Source: an uncultured Candidatus Saccharibacteria bacterium
GTDB lineage: Bacteria; Patescibacteriota; Minisyncoccia; Phycocordibacterales; SBAW01
Direction of reading: 5' to 3'
Assembly: GCA_964650645.1 (NCBI GenBank)
Contig: CAZYUH010000001.1
Location: forward strand, 347,032-411,031
DNA length: 64,000 bases
The notes below the pieces were generated by a model that was given only the letters and a program-made list of their open reading frames with translations, was not told where the DNA came from and searched no databases. Position numbers and translations under genes: made by a program. This document shows positions 28,974 to 38,931 of the stretch, in pieces (the first letter of the stretch is position 1; every line of letters begins with the position of its first letter).

Positions 28974-30382
28974 CGATTCAATGGGAACTTCTCCTCGACT
29001 GCGGGCGGCAGGGACTTTATAAGCCCGCCGAGCTCGCCGGAGGTTAAGAGGAGTATGGCGTCGTTTTCTTCCGTGTCGGCGAGTATCGCCTCGAGGTCGC
29101 CAGTCCCGCTGAGCGCCACGGTGTCCATGCCGGTCGCGCGCACGCGCTCCAGTATCTCGTCCTGGGTCAGCTGGGCATGCGTTGCCGCGCCCTGGGCCGC
29201 GGGCTCGTATATGTAGACGCGGTCCGCGCCGTCGAACGCCTGGTCGTACTGGGCGAGCGCCGCGCGGTTGCGCCAGGTAAAGGTGTGCGGCTCGAACACC
29301 ACAACGAGCCGGCGGGCCGGGAAATGGAGGCGCATGCCGGCTATGGCGCTCTTTGCCTTCTCGAGGCTCGAGCCGAAGCCTTCGAGTACCGGCACTGACG
29401 AGCCGGGGGTGAGCAGCTCCATGCGGCGCTTCACGCCCTCGAACGTTGCCACTCCTGCCGCAAGCTCTTCGGGCGCGAGCAGGTGCTTTGCCAAGAGCAT
29501 CGCGCTGATGCCGACGATGTTCTCGATGTTGTGCGCGCCCAGCAGCTTTGTGGAAAGCGCGGCGATCTTCTTGCCCTTGTGCATCAGGTCGAACGTCGTC
29601 GGCAGGCCGTACGCGATGTTCGCCGCGTGCCATTCGTTGCGCGGGGCGAGGCCGTATTCGACCCGCATGCCGCCGAACTCCTCTGCAAGCGCTCGCGCGT
29701 GCGGCTCGTCGTTGACGACCAGTGTGCCGTCTGCGGGAAGCATGCCGACCAGCTGCCTGAACGGCTTGAGGTAATCCTCGTGGGCGGGGTAGACGTTCAC
29801 ATGGTCGTGCGTCGCCGAGGTAAGCAGGACGTTGCGGGGGTTGTAACGCAGGAACTTGGAGCGCTCGTCCCAGTTGGCCGAAGGGTACTCGTCGCCCTCA
29901 AGGACGAACGCATCGCCCTTTCCGAGCTTGGCGTGGGCCTCGAAGCCTTTCGTAATCTCGCCCACGAAGTAGCTCGGGTCCTTGCCTGCGCGCATGAGGC
30001 ACCACGCCAAGAGCGCCGTGCACGTGGACTTGCCGTAACTGCCTGCAACGACCAGCGTCTCTTTGCCGCTTGAAAGTTCTTCCAAGAGGTCCGGGAACGA
30101 CTTGACCGGAATGCCGGAGTCGAGCGCTGCTTTTACTTCCTCGTTGGTTTCGGGCACGAGCTTGGCGTTCTTGCCGATTATGATGACGTCCGCATCCGCC
30201 GGGATGTTCTCTTTCCTGTAGCCGTGCGCGAACGTAATGCGCGCGTCCGCCAGGTAGTCCGATACCGGAGGGTAAAAACCCTCGTCGGAGCCGGATATGC
30301 CATAGCCGGCCTCGCGCAAAAGGAGGGCAACGGCCGACATGCCCTTGCCGGCTATTCCTATGAAATGGGCCTTCTTGCTCAT
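28970..30382 (-). CDS. Mur ligase family protein (MurC / Mpl-like UDP-N-acetylmuramate-peptide ligase)
   Basis: HFIGIAGKGMSAVALLL, GSDEGFYPPVS, and the ATP-binding VAGSYGKSTCTA loop. Confidence 0.85.
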   Translation of the reverse strand: MSKKAHFIGIAGKGMSAVALLLREAGYGISGSDEGFYPPVSDYLADARITFAHGYRKENIPADADVIIIGKNAKLVPETNEEVKAALDSGIPVKSFPDLLEELSSGKETLVVAGSYGKSTCTALLAWCLMRAGKDPSYFVGEITKGFEAHAKLGKGDAFVLEGDEYPSANWDERSKFLRYNPRNVLLTSATHDHVNVYPAHEDYLKPFRQLVGMLPADGTLVVNDEPHARALAEEFGGMRVEYGLAPRNEWHAANIAYGLPTTFDLMHKGKKIAALSTKLLGAHNIENIVGISAMLLAKHLLAPEELAAGVATFEGVKRRMELLTPGSSVPVLEGFGSSLEKAKSAIAGMRLHFPARRLVVVFEPHTFTWRNRAALAQYDQAFDGADRVYIYEPAAQGAATHAQLTQDEILERVRATGMDTVALSGTGDLEAILADTEENDAILLLTSGELGGLIKSLPPAVEEKFPLNR

Positions 30383-30386
30383 GGGC

Positions 30387-31307
30387 TTATGATAGCAAAG
30401 TCAGGAGCTGCCGGTACGCGGGGTCCTGCCCGTGCAGGACCCCGTGGTGCTTTGCGCGGAGCTTTTCGGTCAGCGGCCCCATGCTTCCCGAGCCTACCGG
30501 GCGCCTGTCTATCTCTATGACGGGGGCTACGAACGCCGAGGTGCCGCAGGCGAAGGCCTCGTCGGCCACATACAGCTCGGAGACATCTATCGTTCGCTCT
30601 TCAACCCTGATTCCCATGTCGCGCGCGAGCTCGATAACGGTGGCGCGGTTTATGCCTTCTAAAATGTCGCTCGAGCTGCCGGGCGTAATGAGCGTGCCGC
30701 CGCGCACGATGAACAGGTTGGCGGCGCTCAGCTCGCAGACGTGGTTCTGCGCATCAAGCAGAATGCAGTCGTCATAGCCCGAGTCGAGCGCGTCCTGCTT
30801 GGCCAAGACCGAGTTGACGTAGCCGCCGTTTACCTTGGCGCGCGAGGGGATGGACGCGTCGGGAGTGCGCCGCCACATGCTGGTCTTGAGCCGCGCGCCC
30901 GCCTGCGGCACGATGGGCGCAGCCTCGTATATGAACATGCTGAGCGTCGCGGAAAGCCCGCGCGAGCGCGTGCCCGGCACCAGGTCGGTCACATGCACCG
31001 TGGCGCGCACGAACACGTCTTCTTTTATATCGTTTGCGGCGACGAGCTCGCGCGCGGCGGCGGAAAACGCCTCCTCGCTCCACGTGGGCGCGAACGCGTC
31101 GATGCCGATGATGCGGCAGGAGTTGAGCAGGCGCCGGTAGTGGTCCTTAATCCTGAAGGCCGCGAGCCCCTCCGGAGTAACGCAGACAGGGAATACCGTG
31201 TAGACGCTGAGCCCGTAGAGCACAGCCGAGCTCGCGATGCTCACCGTCGCCTCGCTTATGGGCACGATGCCGTCTTTGAAGAACGCTTGGTCGCAGACTT
31301 TTGCCAT
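30387..31307 (-). CDS. class IV aminotransferase (branched-chain / D-amino-acid aminotransferase)
   Basis: The ATG at 31307 removes the R-rich upstream extension. Fold-type IV PLP-enzyme motifs: KVNGGYVNSVLAK, ILEGINRATVIELA, EAFACGTSAFVAPV. Confidence 0.8.
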   Translation of the reverse strand: MAKVCDQAFFKDGIVPISEATVSIASSAVLYGLSVYTVFPVCVTPEGLAAFRIKDHYRRLLNSCRIIGIDAFAPTWSEEAFSAAARELVAANDIKEDVFVRATVHVTDLVPGTRSRGLSATLSMFIYEAAPIVPQAGARLKTSMWRRTPDASIPSRAKVNGGYVNSVLAKQDALDSGYDDCILLDAQNHVCELSAANLFIVRGGTLITPGSSSDILEGINRATVIELARDMGIRVEERTIDVSELYVADEAFACGTSAFVAPVIEIDRRPVGSGSMGPLTEKLRAKHHGVLHGQDPAYRQLLTLLS

Positions 31308-31321
31308 AGACCGAGTGTATA

Positions 31322-32590
31322 TCAAATGCGCTCTATGCGCATGCCGACGCCCCGCAGGCGCTCGGCGATGTTCTCGTAGCCGCGGTCTATGTGGTGGATG
31401 TTGCTTATGTCCGACGTGCCTTGCGCCACGGCCGCCGCGATGAGGAACGCGAGGCCGGCGCGCACGTCGGGGCTCTCCATGGAGCGGGCCTTGAGCGCGC
31501 GCGGTCCTTTTATGAGCACGCGGTGCGGGTCCATGGTCGTGATGTCGGCGCCCATCACGCGCAACACTTCGACGAACTGGAGGCGGTTGTCCCAAATGGT
31601 CTCGAACACGCGCGACTCGCCCGGCACCTGTGTTAAGAGGGTGACCATGGGCGCCATGAGGTCGGTGGGGTAGCCCGGGTACTCGTGCGTCTTTATGCTC
31701 ATGGGCGCAAGCGGCGCCGCTTTGACGCGCAGGCTGGTAGGGCCGGTCTCAATATCGGCGCCCGCCTGGCGAAGCAGGCGCACTACCGCCTCCAGGTGCT
31801 CGGGCACGCAGGATTCTATGCGCAGGTCTTTTGCCGCCAGGCAGCCCAATATGAGGAAGCTGCCCGCCTCGATGCGGTCAGGCACGACGGCAAAGCTCTC
31901 CGGCGCGCGCAGAAGCTCCGTGCCGCCGGTGACGGTAATGGTGGTGGTGCCCGCGCCAGCAATGCTGGCGCCCGAGGCGTTGAGCATGTCGGCGAGCCAC
32001 ACTATCTCGGGCTCCATGGCCGCGTTGCGTATGGTGGTCACGCCGTCGGCCAGCACCGCGGCGAGCATCGCGGTCTCGGTGCCGGTTACCGACTGGATGC
32101 GGAAGAAGAGGTCGGCGCCCTTGAGCCGCCCGCCCTGCACCCGCACGCCGTAGCTGCCGTCGTCGTTTACGACTTCCGCGCCCATCGCCGTAAACGTTTC
32201 TAAAAAAAGGTCTATAGGCCGCTCGCCGATGATGTCGCCGCCCGGATGGCTGAAAATGACCTGGCCGAAGCGCGCCAGCAATGGGCCTGCCAGGACGATA
32301 GATGCGCGCAGCGCGCTCATCATGCTCGCGGGTATGGAGGAGCCGCTCATGCCCGAGGCGTCTATGGTAAGCGCGTGCCCGTCGCGCGAGGTTGAGGCGC
32401 CCAGCGTCTCTAGAATGGAGCAGAGCGCCTGCACGTCGAGGATGCCGGGGACGTTCGTGAGCGAGAGCGGCGTGCGGTACAGGACCGACGCCGCCATGGC
32501 CTTGAGCACCGCGTTTTTCGCGCCGGCCACCCGTATGGCGCCCTCGAGCGACGGGGCGTTCGCGCCCTCGATGCGGAATATTTCTTGCAT
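31322..32590 (-). CDS. murA: UDP-N-acetylglucosamine 1-carboxyvinyltransferase
   Basis: 422 aa: MQEIFRIEGANAPSLEGAIRVAGAKNAVLKAMAASVL..., with EPT-fold repeats throughout. Confidence 0.95.
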   Translation of the reverse strand: MQEIFRIEGANAPSLEGAIRVAGAKNAVLKAMAASVLYRTPLSLTNVPGILDVQALCSILETLGASTSRDGHALTIDASGMSGSSIPASMMSALRASIVLAGPLLARFGQVIFSHPGGDIIGERPIDLFLETFTAMGAEVVNDDGSYGVRVQGGRLKGADLFFRIQSVTGTETAMLAAVLADGVTTIRNAAMEPEIVWLADMLNASGASIAGAGTTTITVTGGTELLRAPESFAVVPDRIEAGSFLILGCLAAKDLRIESCVPEHLEAVVRLLRQAGADIETGPTSLRVKAAPLAPMSIKTHEYPGYPTDLMAPMVTLLTQVPGESRVFETIWDNRLQFVEVLRVMGADITTMDPHRVLIKGPRALKARSMESPDVRAGLAFLIAAAVAQGTSDISNIHHIDRGYENIAERLRGVGMRIERI

Positions 32591-32619
32591 GCAGAGGCAG
32601 TATAGCGCACTCTGGATGC

Positions 32620-33537
32620 ATGGATATGCGCCCTAATGTCCCGCTTGCGCCGCTTACGACCTTCGCCATTGGCGGGCCGGCGGCGTGGCTTTCCGAGGCC
32701 GCAAGCGTGGATGATATGCGGCACGCCTACGCGTACGCGGAAGAAAAGAGCCTGCCTGTCGTGGTGCTCGGCGGCGGGAGCAACGTGCTGGCGCCCGACG
32801 AGGGGCTCCGGGCGCTGGTGGTGCGCGTGGCGAATAAGGGTATCCGCTTTGACGGCGGCGCGATGCGCGTCGCGGCGGGCGAGAACCTGATTGATGCGGT
32901 GCGCGCGGCGGCGGGGAAGGGGCTCGGCGGGCTCGAGAGCCTGGCGGGCATTCCGGGCACGGTGGGCGGGGCTGTGCGCGGCAACGCGGGCGCGTTCGGA
33001 ACGGAAATAAAAGACGCGCTGGTGTCGGCGACGGTGCTCGATGCGCGCACGGGGGAAGTGCGCGCGCTTTCCAATGACGAATGCGGATTCGCCTACCGTA
33101 CGAGCCGCATCAAAGAGCATCCGGGCCTCATAGTGCTCGAAGCGGAGTTCAATCTGGCGCCCATAGAACCCATGGAGGCCGACAAGAGAATAATGCATAC
33201 GCTCGCCGAGCGCGCGAAGCGCCACATTCAGGATATAAAGTCGGCCGGCTCGTTCTTCAAGAACCCGGTCGTGTCGCGGGAACTGCAGGAATTATTTGAA
33301 CGCGAAAAAGGCGCCGCTTCCAAAGAGGGCAGGGTGCCCGCCGGCTGGCTCATGGACCGCGCGGGCATGCGCGGCGCGCGCGCGGGCGACGCGGTCGCAA
33401 GCGAGTACCACACCAACTACTTTTTAAACGCGGGGAACGCCACAGCCGCCCAGGTCAAAGAGCTTGCGGCGCGCGCTAAGAGGGAGGTGTATGCGAAGTT
33501 CGGCGTACTGCTGGAAGAAGAAGCGAGCGTCTTATAA
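32620..33537 (+). CDS. murB: UDP-N-acetylenolpyruvoylglucosamine reductase
   Basis: PLAPLTTFAIGGPA and VVLGGGSNVL (FAD-binding domain). C-terminal MurB_C domain. Divergent from murA across a 29-bp spacer. Confidence 0.9.
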   Translation: MDMRPNVPLAPLTTFAIGGPAAWLSEAASVDDMRHAYAYAEEKSLPVVVLGGGSNVLAPDEGLRALVVRVANKGIRFDGGAMRVAAGENLIDAVRAAAGKGLGGLESLAGIPGTVGGAVRGNAGAFGTEIKDALVSATVLDARTGEVRALSNDECGFAYRTSRIKEHPGLIVLEAEFNLAPIEPMEADKRIMHTLAERAKRHIQDIKSAGSFFKNPVVSRELQELFEREKGAASKEGRVPAGWLMDRAGMRGARAGDAVASEYHTNYFLNAGNATAAQVKELAARAKREVYAKFGVLLEEEASVL

Positions 33538-33564
33538 AAAAAGAATCCCCGCGCAAGCGGGGAT
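33535..33564 (-). terminator. terminator for the minus-strand gene; also a hairpin at the murB 3' end
   Basis: ATCCCCGC-GCAA-GCGGGGAT stem. The T-run is on the minus strand (A9 on plus at 33535-33543). Confidence 0.6.
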
Positions 33565-33575
33565 GGAGCAAAGGC

Positions 33576-34463
33576 TCAGGAGTTCCGGACGACGGCGACC
33601 AGGTAGCGGCCGCTGCCGTCGCCGCGGCGCGTCGTGGGCAGCTCGTCGCGGAGGTAGGCGTGCTCGAGGCTGATGTTCTCCGGGGGCACGCCGTTGTCTA
33701 TGAACTGCCTGCGGATGATGCGTGGAACGTCGATGCCGATGCCTCGGCTGTCGACGATGCCGCACTCCTCTCCGTACTCTCTTGGGAGCAGTTTCCATGC
33801 GCCTTCGTTGTACTCGGCGTGTTCAGTGTTCTTGTCCGCAAGGTCATGACGGAACTCTTCCGGTCTGATCGAGTAGTAGACAGCCGCGCGTATCTCATGC
33901 GCTTTGCGATGCGCTGAGTACGAGGGCGCCAGCTCATTGAGGATGCCGTTCACGATGCTTTCGTGCCTTCTTCCTTTGCGGAAGTTCTGGGTGCGGATGC
34001 GCGTGCGGTCTATGACGCAGTCGCGCCCCGCGTGCGCGAAGATCATCTTGTTGCCGCGCGTGGCAACGATGAGCGAACACCCGCCGGCGCTGAAGATGCC
34101 GGCGCAGCCCCTGTACGGGAGCCATGCGCCGTCGGCGGGAACATCCGGGTTGCGGTACATCCATAGGTTTCCCAGACGCAGGCGCTCCTTCATGAGCGTC
34201 TCCTCTGAGACCAGCTCGCCGTTGAACTTCGTGGGCGTGGGCGCGAAGATGAGGCGCGCGCCCATGCCCGCGAGGGCGCGGCTTATTCTTCGCGCCAATT
34301 CCGGCGCCTTGTCCTCGTCGCCCTCGCGCTGGAGGGGCTTGAGCGACCAATCGCTGCCCTCGAAGCAGGTGGCGGTATACGCCGGGTGGCCCGGTATCGC
34401 GCTTGGGGCGGATACTAGGGGCTTGATGCGCCCGAGCGCGGCAGGCAGAAGCCCGTTATCCAT
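33576..34463 (-). CDS. YfiH/PgeF-like (DUF152, laccase-domain / purine nucleoside phosphorylase LACC1 family) protein, candidate peptidoglycan editing factor
   Basis: Weak but patterned similarity to YfiH: C-A-x5-7-C...AHAG-R block (CAGIFSAGGCSLIVATRGNKMIFAHAGRDC) and a C-terminal ...TTRRGDGSGRYLVAV. Sits beside murA/murB. Confidence 0.45.
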   Translation of the reverse strand: MDNGLLPAALGRIKPLVSAPSAIPGHPAYTATCFEGSDWSLKPLQREGDEDKAPELARRISRALAGMGARLIFAPTPTKFNGELVSEETLMKERLRLGNLWMYRNPDVPADGAWLPYRGCAGIFSAGGCSLIVATRGNKMIFAHAGRDCVIDRTRIRTQNFRKGRRHESIVNGILNELAPSYSAHRKAHEIRAAVYYSIRPEEFRHDLADKNTEHAEYNEGAWKLLPREYGEECGIVDSRGIGIDVPRIIRRQFIDNGVPPENISLEHAYLRDELPTTRRGDGSGRYLVAVVRNS

Positions 34464-34622
34464 TCAGTGTCTCCTGTTGTGGGTGAAGATCGTAAGCTGG
34501 TTCGCAAATTACCACATTTTCAGCATTTGTGCTAGTGTAGGGTTCATAGTCTAGCGAAGCGAGAGAAAAGAAAAGTTTCTTTTCCGAGCGAGCGACGACT
34601 ATATAAGACGAAGTGCTTTTAT

Positions 34623-35270
34623 ATGGCAGCAAAACTCTCCATAGTCGCAACGCCCATAGGCAACCTTGAAGACATCACCCTGCGGGCCCTCCGCGCATTA
34701 AAGGAGGCCGATGTGGTCGCCTGCGAGGATACGCGCGTCACGAAGAAGCTCCTGAGCCATTTCGATATCCACACAATGGTGGTGACGTTGCCTAAAATCC
34801 CCGCGCTCTTGGAGCAGGGCAGGCATGTGGCGCTCGTAAGCGACGCGGGAACTCCCGGCGTGTCGGACCCGGGGCAGGAGATAGTGTCCCATGCGCGCGA
34901 CGCGGGCGCCGCCATAGAAGCCGTGCCGGGCCCCAGCGCGCTTGCGGCGGCGCTGTCCGTGTGCGGCCTGCGCGCCGCCGCCTTCACGTTCTACGGCTTC
35001 CTGCCGCTCAAGAAGGGGAGGCAGACGCTTTTCAAGGAAATAGCGGAAAGCGGGAGGGCGAGCGTGTTCTACGAGTCGCCGCACCGCATCATGAAGGCGC
35101 TCGAGGCGCTTGCCGAGGCCGCGCCCGGGCGCCGCATCGGCGTGTACCGCGAGCTGACCAAGATGTATGAAGAGCACCGGGTGGGCGCGGCGCGTGATGT
35201 GCTCGCGTATTTTAATGAAAACGAGGAAAAACAGCGCGGAGAATTTGTAGTTATCGTGGAAGGGCTTTAG
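34623..35270 (+). CDS. rsmI: 16S rRNA (cytidine1402-2'-O)-methyltransferase
   Basis: Tetrapyrrole-methylase fold: LSIVATPIGNLEDITLRALRALKEADVVACEDTR and SDAGTPGVSDPG. Confidence 0.9.
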   Translation: MAAKLSIVATPIGNLEDITLRALRALKEADVVACEDTRVTKKLLSHFDIHTMVVTLPKIPALLEQGRHVALVSDAGTPGVSDPGQEIVSHARDAGAAIEAVPGPSALAAALSVCGLRAAAFTFYGFLPLKKGRQTLFKEIAESGRASVFYESPHRIMKALEALAEAAPGRRIGVYRELTKMYEEHRVGAARDVLAYFNENEEKQRGEFVVIVEGL

Positions 35271-35279
35271 AATAAGCCC

Positions 35280-35522
35280 ATGTCCAAAGAGATGACCGTG
35301 ATAGCGCTCGGCGCGCTCGTTGCCGTGACGCCGTACCTCGGCATCCCCGGCTCGTGGAAGACCGCCGTGCTCGTGTTTGCGGGACTGGCGATCGCGGGCG
35401 CGGGCTTTCTCCTGCGCGGCGAGGCTATCGCGCGCGCGGCGGGCCGCGGCCAGGGCCATTTCGTAGAGAACGCAGGGCCCGCGCATACGCATCACGACCA
35501 TGGCACCAGCCCGCTCAACTAA
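35280..35522 (+). CDS. small membrane protein (80 aa), hypothetical
   Basis: Two hydrophobic helices. Overlaps the next gene by 23 nt. Confidence 0.4.
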   Translation: MSKEMTVIALGALVAVTPYLGIPGSWKTAVLVFAGLAIAGAGFLLRGEAIARAAGRGQGHFVENAGPAHTHHDHGTSPLN

Positions 35523-36678
35523 CGGCCCCGGAGGCCCCCGCGGCCGCTACGTCGCGCACGCCCTGGTGTGCGCGCTCGGCATCGCGCTCGTGGTCGCGGC
35601 CGCATACTTCCTTTTGCCCGCGATGACGTCGGTGTCCTACGGCACCGATGCCGCCACGTCCACTTCGATGCTCGAGAAGATAATTCCCAAGAAAGAGCCG
35701 CCCAAGCCCGTCCTCGATACCGCCGACTACCGCCGCCGCCTGCTTGCTTTGGCGCAGGTCGCCACCACGAGCCCGTGGTACGCCGCATTCATGAAAGGCT
35801 CCGCAACGCCGCTCGATGCCGACGGCAACGCCACCACGACGGCCGAGGCGAAGCCTTTGTGGCCCGTGTGGGACGCGCCCGAGCCCCTGCCGGGCGCGAT
35901 ACTCCCGTTCAAGCGCATCGTGGCGTTCTACGGCAACTTCTATTCAAAGCAGATGGGCATATTGGGCGAGTTCGAAAAGGATACGGTGCTTGCGAAATTG
36001 CGCGCGGAAGTCGAGGCGTGGGAAAAGGCCGACCCGACGACGCCCGTCATGCCGGCCATAGAGTACATTGACGTCACCGCGCAGGGCAGCCCCGGCAAGG
36101 ACGGCAAGTACCGCCTGCGCATGCCCGACACGCAGGTGGACAAGGCCATAGAGTACGCGCGCGAGGTGGACGGCATCGTGATACTCGACATACAGGTAGG
36201 GCTCTCGTCGGTGCAGGACGAGGTGCCCCTGCTCGATACGTACTGGGCGATGCCCAACGTGCACCTGGCGATAGACCCGGAGTTCGACATGAAGGGCAAT
36301 GACGCGCCGGGCGACGTCATCGGCACGACCGATGCGGCGACCATCAACTGGGCAATCGACCATCTCTCGAAGATAGTGCGCGACAACAACCTGCCGCCCA
36401 AGATACTGCTGCTGCACCGCTTTACGCAGAAGATGATAACCGACTACAGGCAGATAAAGCCCACGCCCGAGGTGCAGGTCATCATGCAGATGGATGGGTG
36501 GGGGAGCCCTCAGCGCAAGAAGAACACCTACTACCACGTGGTGGCGCCCGAGCCGGTGCAGTTCACGGGAATAAAGATCTTCTACAAGAACGACCTGAAG
36601 GAAGAGCCGCCGCGCCTTTTGACCAAGCAGGAAGTGCTCGACTTGAAGCCCACCCCGATATTCATCCAGTACCAGTAG
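35500..36678 (+). CDS. hypothetical membrane-anchored extracytoplasmic protein (possible TIM-barrel glycosidase-like fold)
   Basis: 392 aa with an N-terminal TM anchor. No confident family assignment. Confidence 0.6.
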   Translation: MAPARSTNGPGGPRGRYVAHALVCALGIALVVAAAYFLLPAMTSVSYGTDAATSTSMLEKIIPKKEPPKPVLDTADYRRRLLALAQVATTSPWYAAFMKGSATPLDADGNATTTAEAKPLWPVWDAPEPLPGAILPFKRIVAFYGNFYSKQMGILGEFEKDTVLAKLRAEVEAWEKADPTTPVMPAIEYIDVTAQGSPGKDGKYRLRMPDTQVDKAIEYAREVDGIVILDIQVGLSSVQDEVPLLDTYWAMPNVHLAIDPEFDMKGNDAPGDVIGTTDAATINWAIDHLSKIVRDNNLPPKILLLHRFTQKMITDYRQIKPTPEVQVIMQMDGWGSPQRKKNTYYHVVAPEPVQFTGIKIFYKNDLKEEPPRLLTKQEVLDLKPTPIFIQYQ

Positions 36679-36747
36679 CGGCAGTTCTGGAAGCTTCCTT
36701 GAAACAGTGGTATATAAAAGGAGGTACGGTCAGGCAAGGAGGAGCGA

Positions 36748-36966
36748 ATGCTCACGCTTGAGGAAGTGAAGACGGCTCACGAGGCCGATGCGTTCTATGC
36801 GCACGTGGTGCGGAACTTCGATTTCGGCCTTAGAAGATGGGTCGAAGCGGATCCGCAGGAACTCCCGGGGGATTCTGACAAGATACGGGTCGCGAAGGCG
36901 GCCTACCGCAAGCTCCGCTCGCTCAGCCCCGGGCATCCGCATCGCCGCACGACTATGCACTCGTAG
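36748..36966 (+). CDS. hypothetical small protein (72 aa)
   Basis: GGAGG SD 7 nt upstream, terminator directly downstream. Confidence 0.5.
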   Translation: MLTLEEVKTAHEADAFYAHVVRNFDFGLRRWVEADPQELPGDSDKIRVAKAAYRKLRSLSPGHPHRRTTMHS

Positions 36967-36977
36967 CGCAATGCAGC

Positions 36978-37005
36978 AAAGCCCCGCTTAGTGCGGGGCT
37001 TTTCG
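36978..37005 (+). terminator. rho-independent terminator
   Basis: AAAGCCCCGC-TTAGT-GCGGGGCTTT followed by TC. Confidence 0.7.
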
Positions 37006-37029
37006 CATGCAAGTGGTACAATTGGTTCA

Positions 37030-38931
37030 ATGCTTGAAGATCCGGGCAAGATAACCTATTTCGCCGAGACGAACTCGCGCGGCAAGCCCCTGCCGTTCGG
37101 CATCAAGCGCCGCGACCGCGCGCGCCACATGTACATCATCGGGAAGACGGGCATGGGCAAGTCGACCCTGCTCGAGAACCTGGCCATACAGGATATTCGC
37201 AACGGCGAGGGCATGGCGTTCATCGACCCGCACGGCTCGACGGCCGAGCGCATCATGGAGTACGTGCCGGCGCACCGCATGCGCGACGTGGTGTACTTCG
37301 CGCCGTTCGACATGGACTATCCCGTGGCGTTCAACGTCATGGAGGACGTGGGCTACGACAAGCGCCACCTGGTGGTGTCGGGCCTCATCACCGCGTTCAA
37401 GAAGATATGGGTGGACGCGTTCAGCGCCCGCATGGAGTACATACTCTCCAACACGCTCCTCGCGCTCCTTGAGTACGAGGGCGCCACCATGCTCGACGTC
37501 AACCGCATGCTCGTCAACAAGAACTTCCGCCAGAAGGTCGTCGACAACATAAAGGACCCGATGGTGAAGGACTTCTGGGTGGGGGAGTTCGCCAACTATT
37601 CCGACCGCTACACGCAGGAGGCCACGCCCGCGATACAGAACAAGATAGGCCAGTTCACGTCCAACCCGCTCATACGCAACATCATCGGGCAGCCGAAGTC
37701 TTCCTTCGATATCCGCGAGCTCATGGACCAGAAGAAGATACTCATCATGAACCTGTCCAAGGGCCGCGTGGGCGAGGTGAACGCCCAGCTCCTCGGCTCC
37801 ATGCTCGTCACCAAGATCTACCTGGCGGCGATGTCGCGCGCCGACGTGCCGGCACAGACGCTCTCGGCGCTTCCGAGCTTCTACTTCTACGTGGACGAGT
37901 TCCAGAACTTCGCCAACGAGTCGTTCGCCGACATCCTCTCTGAAGCGCGCAAGTACAAGCTCAACCTCATCATCGCGCACCAGTACGTCGAGCAGATGGA
38001 GGAGGAGGTGCGCGACGCGGTGTTCGGCAACGTGGGCACCACCGTATCGTTCAGGGTGGGGCCGTTCGACGCCGAGACGCTCGAGCCCATATTCGCGCCG
38101 CAGTTCGAGGCGAAGGACCTCGTCAACCTCGGCTTCGCGCAGATCTACCTCACGCTCATGATAGACGGGGTGGGGAGCCCGCCGTTCTCCGCCACGACCC
38201 TGCCGCCGTTCGACGCATCGCCCGAGGACAACACGAGGAAGGTGATAGAGTACTCGCGCCAGCAGTTCGGCTGCCCGCGCGCGCAGGTTGAAAAGGCAAT
38301 TACCGACTGGCAGGAGGCGGTTCCGCTCGTCGTCGAGGCTCCCAAGCCCAAGTACGGCAAGCCGGCCCCGTCCCGTCCCGCAAGCGCTGGGCCGCGCCCG
38401 GCCCCCGCCGCGCAGGCGCAGCCTTCCGTGCGCCCTCCTGCGCCTGCGGCTCCGGCGCCGGTAGTCGTGCCGGTGCCTGTCGCGCCGGCGCCGGTGGTGC
38501 AGGCGGTCAGGGTAGAAGCGCCGGTGCCGCAGGTGCATGTGCACGCGCATACGCACCAGGTGCCCCGTCGCGAGGCGCCTCGTGCAGCGCCTGCGCCCCG
38601 TCCCGAGCCTGAAAAGCCGCCTCTTGAAGGCTCCGCCAGCCTGCGCGACGCCCTCGCCGCGGTGACCGCGAAAAGGAACGACGCGCCCAAGCCCGATATG
38701 CCGAAGGCCGAGCCGCATGCGCACTCCACTCCGGCGTCAGGCAAAGCGGACGCGTCCTCTGCGGGACAACACAAAGCGCCCGGGCTCAAGGAGGCTCTGG
38801 ACAGTGTCGCCAAAAAAACGCCGAATCCCGCATCGCTTCCAAAAGAAACGCTTCATGCTATGCTCTCTGTCGACCCGGAACTGGAAGGGTCGCACCATGA
38901 GCGAGCAAAGCATCACGAGCCGTGCGACTAG
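37030..38931 (+). CDS. type IV secretion coupling-protein-like ATPase (VirD4/TraD/TraG family), soluble, with Pro/Ala-rich C-terminal tail
   Basis: Walker A IIGKTGMGKST. TraG-D_C-type block (FYFYVDEFQNFANESFADILSEARKYKLNLIIAHQYVEQ...VFGNVGTTVSFRVG). No N-terminal TM segments. The last about 180 aa are low-complexity P/A-rich. Start placed after the upstream terminator. Confidence 0.8.
   Translation: MLEDPGKITYFAETNSRGKPLPFGIKRRDRARHMYIIGKTGMGKSTLLENLAIQDIRNGEGMAFIDPHGSTAERIMEYVPAHRMRDVVYFAPFDMDYPVAFNVMEDVGYDKRHLVVSGLITAFKKIWVDAFSARMEYILSNTLLALLEYEGATMLDVNRMLVNKNFRQKVVDNIKDPMVKDFWVGEFANYSDRYTQEATPAIQNKIGQFTSNPLIRNIIGQPKSSFDIRELMDQKKILIMNLSKGRVGEVNAQLLGSMLVTKIYLAAMSRADVPAQTLSALPSFYFYVDEFQNFANESFADILSEARKYKLNLIIAHQYVEQMEEEVRDAVFGNVGTTVSFRVGPFDAETLEPIFAPQFEAKDLVNLGFAQIYLTLMIDGVGSPPFSATTLPPFDASPEDNTRKVIEYSRQQFGCPRAQVEKAITDWQEAVPLVVEAPKPKYGKPAPSRPASAGPRPAPAAQAQPSVRPPAPAAPAPVVVPVPVAPAPVVQAVRVEAPVPQVHVHAHTHQVPRREAPRAAPAPRPEPEKPPLEGSASLRDALAAVTAKRNDAPKPDMPKAEPHAHSTPASGKADASSAGQHKAPGLKEALDSVAKKTPNPASLPKETLHAMLSVDPELEGSHHERAKHHEPCD

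Noticed and set aside
28536-29633. 365-aa minus-strand ORF spanning the Mur ligase region.
   Set aside because: Arg-rich alternative frame of the Mur ligase gene. Only its last about 80 codons (28737..28973) are real coding sequence, as the N-terminal part of the frameshifted bpt/ate-like gene.
36991-37029. Longer N-terminus (MRGFSHASGTIGS...) for the coupling-protein-like ATPase.
   Set aside because: That start lies inside the upstream terminator hairpin (36978..37005). The ATG at 37030 begins immediately after it.
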